A DNA stretch of 64,000 bases from Thermodesulfobacteriota bacterium. Its GTDB lineage: Bacteria; Desulfobacterota_D; UBA1144; Nemesobacterales; UBA2774. Where the stretch lies: the NCBI GenBank assembly GCA_965216785.1, contig OZ244197.1, forward strand, positions 736,001-800,000, given 5' to 3'. The notes below the pieces were generated by a model, which was not told where the DNA came from, made no database searches, and was given only the letters and a program-made list of their open reading frames with translations. This document shows, piece after piece, positions 57,037 to 64,000 of the stretch (its first letter is position 1; every line of letters begins with the position of its first letter). A program made the translations under genes and the position numbers.

Positions 57037-57888
57037 GTGCTCCCGGTATTTCTAATAGCCTCCCTGGGGTATCTCTTCGGAAAAAAGAAGAAGATTGACC
57101 TCTCGGCGGTAAACGAGTTTGTTATATATCTGGCAACTCCCGCACTCATAATCTCATCTTTATCTAAGGACCCGATTGAGCTCAGCCTTGCCTTCAAGGT
57201 ATTTCTATCGGTATGCCTCATAGTAGGCGGGTGCTCACTAATCGGTTTACTGGCGGTAAGAGCGCTGAGGATTCCGTTAAAGGTATATCTGCCTCCCGTG
57301 ATGTTCGCGAACACCGGGAATATGGGGCTTCCCCTGGTGCTCTTTGCGTTTGGCGAGACGGGGTTTAAAGTAGGAATACTATATATGGTCTCTACCACCA
57401 TACTTCACTATACGGTGGGGATATTGATTCTTAACTATGATGAAAGCCCGCTTGAGGTATTTAAGCTCCCGCTCGTTTACTCGGCTGTGGCCGGAGTTTT
57501 GTTGAGCGTATCGGATGTTATGCTTCCAACAGCTCTTGACAGGGCGGTCGACCTCTTGGGTGAAGCTAGTATACCGACTATGATATTCGCGCTCGGATAT
57601 AAGCTTTCTGAAGTCGCGCTGAGACACGTGAGCAGATCGTTTATAATCGGCGCCTTAAGAATATTTGGGGGTGTCGCTCTGGGGATCGCCGCGGTCTGGA
57701 TTTTCAACCTTGAGGGGGTAAAAGCAAGTGTTGTAATTCTCCAGTCAGCGATGCCCCCTGCGATCTTCAACTTCGTTCTTGCCGAAAAATACAATCAGGA
57801 CTCGCAGTCCGTGGCTTCGATTATATTGGCCGGGACAATTATATCTGTCTTTACATCCCCCATTATTATTGCGTTTTTATTAAGTTAA
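57037..57888 (+). CDS. AEC (auxin efflux carrier) family transporter
   Basis: LPVFL, PALII, NTGNMGLP, AMPPA; true start probably slightly upstream. Confidence 0.88.
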   Translation: MLPVFLIASLGYLFGKKKKIDLSAVNEFVIYLATPALIISSLSKDPIELSLAFKVFLSVCLIVGGCSLIGLLAVRALRIPLKVYLPPVMFANTGNMGLPLVLFAFGETGFKVGILYMVSTTILHYTVGILILNYDESPLEVFKLPLVYSAVAGVLLSVSDVMLPTALDRAVDLLGEASIPTMIFALGYKLSEVALRHVSRSFIIGALRIFGGVALGIAAVWIFNLEGVKASVVILQSAMPPAIFNFVLAEKYNQDSQSVASIILAGTIISVFTSPIIIAFLLS

Positions 57889-57905
57889 AACTAAAGCAGA
57901 ATTTG

Positions 57906-58898
57906 TTACTTTAGACAGCTGACTGTAACTATTGGGACTGAGAAAAATTTATACTCTGTACTGTAGATAAACCCGCTCCCGTCAGGCAGATACGATACGC
58001 TTTCCTGCTGAGGCAGTGAATTTATTCCGATAACACTATAATCGATACCTTCCTTCATATCTTCAGTATCTTTTATCTTCGACACCGAAAGATCGTGATT
58101 AAACTCAAACGCATCCTCATAGGTCAGGATCAAGAACCTCTTGCCATCGGGGGAAATATCAAAAGAAGTCGATAACTGCCCGTAAGTGGAAGCCTCGGGA
58201 GCTAACGAAGGTATATCAATTTCGCCCATATACTCAAGCATGAGCGGCCCTTTTCCAGTATTTTTTCGCTTTTTATATTCCAATCTGTAAAGCTTAGAAG
58301 GGTACGCCTCATCTTTACCGAGGTCTTCCTCTTTTGTTAGAATATATATATCACCGTTAGGATGAACCGCGAGACCTTCTGCGTTGTGCGCTCTGTCCGG
58401 GTAAACGAGCTTAAGGGCCTTCACCGGAGTAACCGGACCGCCATAATGTTCGAGCTCCTCTACGGCAATTACCTCCACATACTTTCTCCTCTCTCTATTG
58501 TCACCGATGTCAGCGATAAATAGGCAGGTTTTACCCGTGGCGCACGGACCTAGGCCCAAATCCTCGAAATCCGAGCGTTTATTCTTATAACCTTCAATCT
58601 TTACCTTTTTTGTTTGATTTCCCGACATGTCGGTTATATAGAAATAGGGCCCGCCCCCCGAGTCATTTACATGATATAACCTTCCTGGATATTCAGAGGA
58701 AACTGCTATGCCGCTCGCCTCTTTTATAATAGAGCTGTCCAATTGGCCGGCATTTTCCCCTTTATCCCACTTCCGGCACAGCTCTCCATAGCTTGGTTCT
58801 ACAATACATATTAGAGCTGAAAAAATGAGAGATAGAAATAATAAATGCTTTGCCAAGATAGATTGATTTAGTGAGGAGATTTCAAAGCTCATAAACAT
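57906..58898 (-). CDS. Exported beta-propeller-like hypothetical protein
   Basis: EASGIA, NDSGG, DFEDL, IADIGDN, NAEGLAV, QQESV repeats; N-terminal hydrophobic segment. Confidence 0.7.
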   Translation of the reverse strand: MFMSFEISSLNQSILAKHLLFLSLIFSALICIVEPSYGELCRKWDKGENAGQLDSSIIKEASGIAVSSEYPGRLYHVNDSGGGPYFYITDMSGNQTKKVKIEGYKNKRSDFEDLGLGPCATGKTCLFIADIGDNRERRKYVEVIAVEELEHYGGPVTPVKALKLVYPDRAHNAEGLAVHPNGDIYILTKEEDLGKDEAYPSKLYRLEYKKRKNTGKGPLMLEYMGEIDIPSLAPEASTYGQLSTSFDISPDGKRFLILTYEDAFEFNHDLSVSKIKDTEDMKEGIDYSVIGINSLPQQESVSYLPDGSGFIYSTEYKFFSVPIVTVSCLK

Positions 58899-58986
58899 GT
58901 TATACTCTGGTACAATTTTACCTGGGAGTAGAATCAGGCAAAATAAATCTTATCCAGAGCTGGAATATACAACATTAGACGGGTCC

Positions 58987-60276
58987 ATGTCCACTGAAAA
59001 AATAATTGGAAATAAAGCGCCTATTCAAGGCGAGCTTACGCCTCCCGGCGATAAGTCCATCTCACACCGTTCGGTGATGATAGGCTCTTTAGCGAGAGGA
59101 ACCACACTCGTAAGTGGGTTTCTTGACAGTGAAGACACTAACTCCACCATAAGGGCTATGAAGCTTCTTGGAGTGGCAATAGAATCACTCGATACGCATG
59201 TGGAAATAAAAGGGACGGGCCTCACCGGATTAAGTAAACCCGGTGATATCATTGACGCGGGTAATTCGGGAACGACGGCCAGACTCCTAATGGGTCTACT
59301 CAGCGCACAGGATTTTACTTCCGAAATCACAGGGGATAAATACCTGCGGGCAAGACCCATGAGTAGAGTTGTCGACCCTCTAAGGCTAATGGGAGCAGAC
59401 ATTACAGGCGTTGATGACGGAAACAAGCTCCCGATCAGAATAAACGGAGGGAAATTAAGAGGCATTTCGTATGCGTCCCCTGTCGCAAGCGCTCAGGTGA
59501 AATCCGCCGTGCTACTAGCCGGTCTGTACGCAGATGGTGTAACGGAAGTAAAAGAAGCTAAAGCTACAAGAGACCATACGGAAAGGATGCTCTCATATTT
59601 CGGGGCGCAAGTTTATACAGACGGCAATACTATACGAATAGAAAAACAGGACGATTTGAAGGCCCAAGAGCTGCTAGTGCCTGCGGATATATCTTCAGCC
59701 GCGTTTTTTATAGTCGCGGCCCTCATAAACCCGGGTTCTGAAGTGCTGATAAAAAATGTCGGCGTAAATCCACTGCGCTCTGGAATAATCGATATCCTTA
59801 GAGAGATGGGCGGTAAGATAGAGTTAATAAACTATTCAGATAGCGGGTGTGAGCCCATCGCAGATATTCTTGTAAGATCGAGCGATCTGAAAGCCCTTGA
59901 AATAAAGGGTGATATGATTCCTAAAGCAATTGACGAGCTGCCCGTTATTGCAGTCGCCGCGTGCTTTGCCCAAGGTGAGACTGTAATTAAAGAGGCGGGT
60001 GAGCTGAGAGTAAAGGAGACGGACAGGATAAAAGCTGTAACCACAGAGCTCAGAAAGCTCGGCGCGTCCGTAGAAGAGCTCGAGGACGGTATGGTGATCA
60101 AGGGAACGAACGGCCTTAAAGGAGCGAAATGCTCTGGATGGGGAGATCACAGAATAGCCATGGCGGTTGCTGTGGCCGCAACCCGTGCCGAGGGCGAAAC
60201 CGAAATTGAGGGGTCTGATTGTGTTTCAGTATCATATCCGGGCTTTTTTCATGATTTGAGGCATTTGAGGAAATAG
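58987..60276 (+). CDS. aroA: 3-phosphoshikimate 1-carboxyvinyltransferase (EPSPS class II)
   Basis: PGDKSISHR, GNSGTT, SAQVKSA, RDHTE, RVKETDRI, DHRIAM; start revised to ATG 58987. Confidence 0.96.
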   Translation: MSTEKIIGNKAPIQGELTPPGDKSISHRSVMIGSLARGTTLVSGFLDSEDTNSTIRAMKLLGVAIESLDTHVEIKGTGLTGLSKPGDIIDAGNSGTTARLLMGLLSAQDFTSEITGDKYLRARPMSRVVDPLRLMGADITGVDDGNKLPIRINGGKLRGISYASPVASAQVKSAVLLAGLYADGVTEVKEAKATRDHTERMLSYFGAQVYTDGNTIRIEKQDDLKAQELLVPADISSAAFFIVAALINPGSEVLIKNVGVNPLRSGIIDILREMGGKIELINYSDSGCEPIADILVRSSDLKALEIKGDMIPKAIDELPVIAVAACFAQGETVIKEAGELRVKETDRIKAVTTELRKLGASVEELEDGMVIKGTNGLKGAKCSGWGDHRIAMAVAVAATRAEGETEIEGSDCVSVSYPGFFHDLRHLRK

Positions 60277-60329
60277 ACTTGGGTTTCTAATCGAAAATTC
60301 CCCCAAAATCCGATTCATTAACAAACACT

Positions 60330-61001
60330 ATGGATAAAAAAGCAATAATAACAATTGACGGGCCGTCAGGAGTGGGTAAGAGCACAGCTGCCAAGTCAGT
60401 GGCTGAGAAATTGGACCTGAGCTACCTTGATACAGGAGCTATGTACAGGGCAGTTGCGCTTCAGGCAAAGAGGGAGGGGGTAAATATAAACCTCGAAAAC
60501 GAGCTAGAGTCTCTTTTGGATCGTACGGAAATTACATTCAGGAAAGACAAGAGCCACATTCTCCTTCTTCTCGTAAATAATGAGGATATTACGGATAAAA
60601 TAAGATCCCCTGAGATTTCACGCCTCTCCTCCGACATAGCAACTAAGGGTATAGTTAGGACGAGGCTTATAGAGATTCAACGCAGGATCGGGCAGCAAGG
60701 CGGTATTGTCGCAGAGGGAAGAGACATGGGAACATACGTATTCCCTGATGCTAAATACAAGTTTTACCTTGATGCGGATTTAGACATGCGGGCACAGCGA
60801 AGGTGTGATCAATTACATGAATCCGGCAGCGATGCGAACATAGATGATATTAGCAAGCAAATAGCAGCCAGAGACAAGCAGGACATGGAGCGCTCAGAAT
60901 CTCCCTTGCATCCGGCCCGGAATGCGGTCATAATAAATACAACCCATCTTAACGCTGATGAAGTAGTATTAAAAATAATTAAGGAAGTCCAAGGCTTGTA
61001 A
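60330..61001 (+). CDS. cmk: Cytidylate kinase
   Basis: IDGPSGVGKST, LDTGAMYR, EGRDMGT. Confidence 0.96.
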   Translation: MDKKAIITIDGPSGVGKSTAAKSVAEKLDLSYLDTGAMYRAVALQAKREGVNINLENELESLLDRTEITFRKDKSHILLLLVNNEDITDKIRSPEISRLSSDIATKGIVRTRLIEIQRRIGQQGGIVAEGRDMGTYVFPDAKYKFYLDADLDMRAQRRCDQLHESGSDANIDDISKQIAARDKQDMERSESPLHPARNAVIINTTHLNADEVVLKIIKEVQGL

Positions 61002-61086
61002 AAATCCTGCGCTACCTGATACTAATTCATTAATGACAACAGATGGTTAACTGATAAATACTATATCTTACGAAAAAGGCGATTCT

Positions 61087-62775
61087 ATGGTTGATGAGAA
61101 AAATTTTGCAGAACTTGTAGACGAAAGCATGAATGTTCCTGACCAAGGGAAGATATTTAAAGCGACTGTCGTTAGGATCGATAAAGACGACATATTCCTG
61201 GATTTCGGCTCGAAATCAGAAGGTGTGGCCGCCGTACAGGAATTTTTTAACAAAGAGGGCGAACTCGACGTCCAGGTCGGCGAGGAAGTCGAAGTCGTCA
61301 TAGATAGCTGGATAAATGAAGGATTTCCAAGGCTCTCGAAAACAAAAGCCGGGTTCATTAAAGAAAACGAAATACTCAAAAACGCATATGAGAAGGGCGA
61401 GCTTGTAACGGCTATTGTACAACGAAAGGTAAAAGGCGGTTTGATTGCGGACGTTGGAAAGACTATAGAAATAAGGGCGTTTATTCCCGGCTCTCAAATC
61501 GATATTCGCCCCCAGGCGGACTTGGATAAATTCATCGGACAGAGTATCGAAGCCAGGATCATAAAGCTTGACGGTAGAGATGTTGTGCTGTCACGAAGGG
61601 CTTTACTTGAGGAAGAGAGGGAAGTGCAAAGAAAAGATACTCTCTCCAAGCTGGAAGAAGGAACCACAGTTTCCGGAAAGGTCGTAAACATAATAAACCA
61701 GGGCGTGTTTGTCGATATAGGCGGCGTTGAGGGTTTCATACCCATAAGCGAGCTCTCGTGGGGAAGAATAGCCCATCCGAGCAACGTAGTTTCCATCGAT
61801 GATGACCTAACTGTAGGCATTTTAAAAATTGAAGGTGATGAAAAAATCACGCTCAGCCTGAAGGAAACCACTGCAGACCCCTGGGAAAATGTCCAGAATA
61901 ATTACGCGCCCGGCACACAGGTTACGGGTAAAGCAGTATCTCTTACCGATTTTGGCGTTTTTGTTGAGCTTGAGCCGGGAGTTGAGGGGTTGGTGCACGT
62001 ATCCGAAATTACCTGGACGAAACGTTTTAAACATCCAAAGGAAGTAGTCGAGCAGGGAAGCACTCTTCAGACTGTCGTATTGGAAGTGAACTCTGAGAAT
62101 AGACGTATATCATTAAGCTTAAAACAGATAGAGCAAAGCCCCTGGCAGCTCTTTAAGGAGAATAACCCCGAAGGCTCTAAGATAAAAGGCACCATTCGCA
62201 ACGTTACCGACAAGGGGATATTCGTTGAAGTAGCAGAGAACATTGTAGGTCTTGTGAGACCCGATAGCATATCTTGGGAAGGTAGAGTAAATCCTGAGGA
62301 ATCTTATGAAAAAGGCAGTGAGATCGAGGTTGTAGTCCTAAATGTCGATGAAAAGAATCAAAGGATAGGTCTCGGGGTAAAACAACTTTCATCAGATCCC
62401 TGGGAAGAAGCAATGAAGAAATACAAACCTCGTCAGACCTCCGTTACGGGGAAAGTAAAGGACGTAAAGGAGTGGGGTATTGTGCTAGAGCTCGAAGACA
62501 AGTTAGAAGGGTACATTAGAGCCAACGAATATTCAGACGATAAAGGACAGAGCGATTTAACCAAACAAGTCAAAGAAGGCGATGAGATCACAGCCCTTGT
62601 AACAGGGCTTGATAAGAGAAAAAGGCAGATTAACTTGAGCAAGAAAAAGCACGAAGAGTGGCTGGAAAAGCAAAGGGTTTCCGATTTTATGTCCTCACAG
62701 GGAGAGGCTTCCGTTACTCTAGGAGACGTGCTCGGCTCAAAGCTAAAATCCATATCAAATGACGAGGTAGGTTAA
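61087..62775 (+). CDS. rpsA: 30S ribosomal protein S1
   Basis: Six S1 repeats (FIPGSQ, GVFVDIG, FGVFVEL, EGLVHVSE); follows cmk. Confidence 0.95.
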   Translation: MVDEKNFAELVDESMNVPDQGKIFKATVVRIDKDDIFLDFGSKSEGVAAVQEFFNKEGELDVQVGEEVEVVIDSWINEGFPRLSKTKAGFIKENEILKNAYEKGELVTAIVQRKVKGGLIADVGKTIEIRAFIPGSQIDIRPQADLDKFIGQSIEARIIKLDGRDVVLSRRALLEEEREVQRKDTLSKLEEGTTVSGKVVNIINQGVFVDIGGVEGFIPISELSWGRIAHPSNVVSIDDDLTVGILKIEGDEKITLSLKETTADPWENVQNNYAPGTQVTGKAVSLTDFGVFVELEPGVEGLVHVSEITWTKRFKHPKEVVEQGSTLQTVVLEVNSENRRISLSLKQIEQSPWQLFKENNPEGSKIKGTIRNVTDKGIFVEVAENIVGLVRPDSISWEGRVNPEESYEKGSEIEVVVLNVDEKNQRIGLGVKQLSSDPWEEAMKKYKPRQTSVTGKVKDVKEWGIVLELEDKLEGYIRANEYSDDKGQSDLTKQVKEGDEITALVTGLDKRKRQINLSKKKHEEWLEKQRVSDFMSSQGEASVTLGDVLGSKLKSISNDEVG

Positions 62776-62776
62776 A

Positions 62777-63658
62777 CTGAGAAGCTTTTTACTGGCAATC
62801 TTAATACTCGTTTTTCTGTTTTTCACATTTCTAGCCGGCCTTGGGTGCGGTCTTTTAATTTCCGGAGAGGGCGGCTTCTCAAGCGGCGATAAAGTAGCCG
62901 TGCTGAGAGTAGAAGACGTCATACTCGACTCACAAATATATCTTGAAAGCTTGAAAAAGATTAAAGACGACGACGGCATAAAAGCGGTCGTAGTAAGAAT
63001 CGATTCACCAGGCGGGGCTGTCGGCCCTTCACAGGAAATATACAGCGCTCTCCTTGAGATGAGGGAGCACAAGCCTGTAATTGCCAGCATTGGCGGAGTC
63101 GGGGCTTCTGGGGGCTATTACATAGCATGCGCCGGAGAGAAAATATTTGCTAACCCGGGCACCATTACGGGCAGTATAGGTGTAATTGCCCAATTCGCAA
63201 GCTACGAGAAGCTTCTTGCATGGGCGAAGGTGGATGTAGAAGTAATAAAAAGTGGGAAATTCAAGGACGTCGGCTCTCCGTTTAGAGAAATGAACGAGAC
63301 CGACCGCGAATATATTCAAGAACTGATAGATAACGTTCACGTTCAGTTTAAAACCGCCGTCTCTAAAGCTAGAGACCTAGATATGAAACAAGTAGACGTA
63401 ATAGCAGACGGAAAAATATATACTGGAGAGCAAGCAAAAGAGCTTAAGCTCATTGACGAGCTTGGGACTATAAACGACGCCGTGACCTTAGCCGGCACTA
63501 TGGGCGGGATAGAAGGCGAGCCCTCGGTCGTAAACTTTCCCAAGAAACGCTCCGCATTCTTAGATATGATCCTTTCAAGAGCGAATATACACGGGCTGTC
63601 CGGGTTTCCCACAAAATCCAGTTTTGGACTTTTCTATCTTGTTGATATAATAAACTGA
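62777..63658 (+). CDS. sppA: Signal peptide peptidase SppA (36K type), probable CTG start
   Basis: RIDSPGG, ASGGYY, TGSIGV, KSGKFKD; N-terminal TM anchor is in frame only from CTG 62777. Confidence 0.9.
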   Translation: MRSFLLAILILVFLFFTFLAGLGCGLLISGEGGFSSGDKVAVLRVEDVILDSQIYLESLKKIKDDDGIKAVVVRIDSPGGAVGPSQEIYSALLEMREHKPVIASIGGVGASGGYYIACAGEKIFANPGTITGSIGVIAQFASYEKLLAWAKVDVEVIKSGKFKDVGSPFREMNETDREYIQELIDNVHVQFKTAVSKARDLDMKQVDVIADGKIYTGEQAKELKLIDELGTINDAVTLAGTMGGIEGEPSVVNFPKKRSAFLDMILSRANIHGLSGFPTKSSFGLFYLVDIIN

Positions 63659-63660
63659 AT

Positions 63661-64000
63661 ATGAAATCGCTTTGGGCCCCATGGAGAATAGAGTATATTA
63701 AAGGGGAGAAAGAAAACGGATGTATCTTTTGCGAGAAACCCGAGCAAGAGGCAGACAAAAATAATCTAATTCTCTACAAAGGTAAAACAGGTTTTATAAT
63801 CATGAATCGCTACCCGTACTCAAACGGACACCTTATGGCAGTACCGTACAAACATACGAGTAAGCTCTCGGATCTTAACTCTGCCGAGAGACTGGAGCTG
63901 ATGGATCTCACGTCTAAGTGTATAGATATCCTGGGTGTGTTTAACGCCGAAGGTTTCAATGTCGGGATGAACTTGGGTATAGCCGGGGGAGCGGGAATCG
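63661..64000 (+). CDS. HIT family hydrolase (Ap4A phosphorylase-like), truncated by the window end
   Basis: MKSLWAPWRIEYI...CIFC...MNRYPYSNGHLM...GFNVGMNLG; not in the ORF track because it has no stop. Confidence 0.88.
   Translation, partial: MKSLWAPWRIEYIKGEKENGCIFCEKPEQEADKNNLILYKGKTGFIIMNRYPYSNGHLMAVPYKHTSKLSDLNSAERLELMDLTSKCIDILGVFNAEGFNVGMNLGIAGGAGI

Noticed and set aside
56472-57401. 309-aa minus-strand ORF
   Set aside because: Antisense shadow of fabH and the AEC transporter with no recognisable motifs. The many other short antisense ORFs in the track were rejected for the same reason.
1-64000. Prophage, IS element, integron, tRNA or rRNA genes
   Set aside because: No integrase, transposase or phage structural ORFs were recognised, and no tRNA- or rRNA-like sequence was seen in the intergenic gaps.

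Overview
Bacterial chromosomal window of mid GC, densely coding with about 60 CDS. I see no rRNA, tRNA, CRISPR array, integrase or transposase. The genes indicate a diderm heterotroph; IPTL-CTERM proteins, F420-linked enzymes and deltaproteobacterial-type gene order suggest a Dadabacteria-like/Desulfobacterota lineage (inference only). Housekeeping genes include tag, a DEAD-box helicase, rpmB, acs, uppP, uvrA, maf-yggS-proC-yggT-yggU, fabH and aroA-cmk-rpsA-sppA-HIT. There are two large nutrient-uptake loci: (i) a Fur/Zur-box-controlled operon with zur, a CbiMQO-type ECF transporter, a small ORF, an outer-membrane porin and znuACB; (ii) a cobalamin-riboswitch-controlled btuB, beta-propeller lipoprotein, two btuF-like genes, btuD and btuC. 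The strongest candidate for an undescribed system lies in the zinc operon. A small membrane-targeted ORF (13845-14183) carries HxH/HH/CxxC ligands and a C-terminal RSPP motif like the CruR/CutF (DUF2946/RAPP) arrest peptides. Its RSPP codons can base-pair, in a mutually exclusive way, with a structured 198-nt intergenic RNA and with the Shine-Dalgarno of the downstream porin gene, which predicts a metal (probably Zn)-sensing ribosome-stalling switch. Other items of note are a candidate anti-SD sRNA, a tandem array of loop-diversified IPTL-CTERM surface proteins, and a CTG start for sppA.
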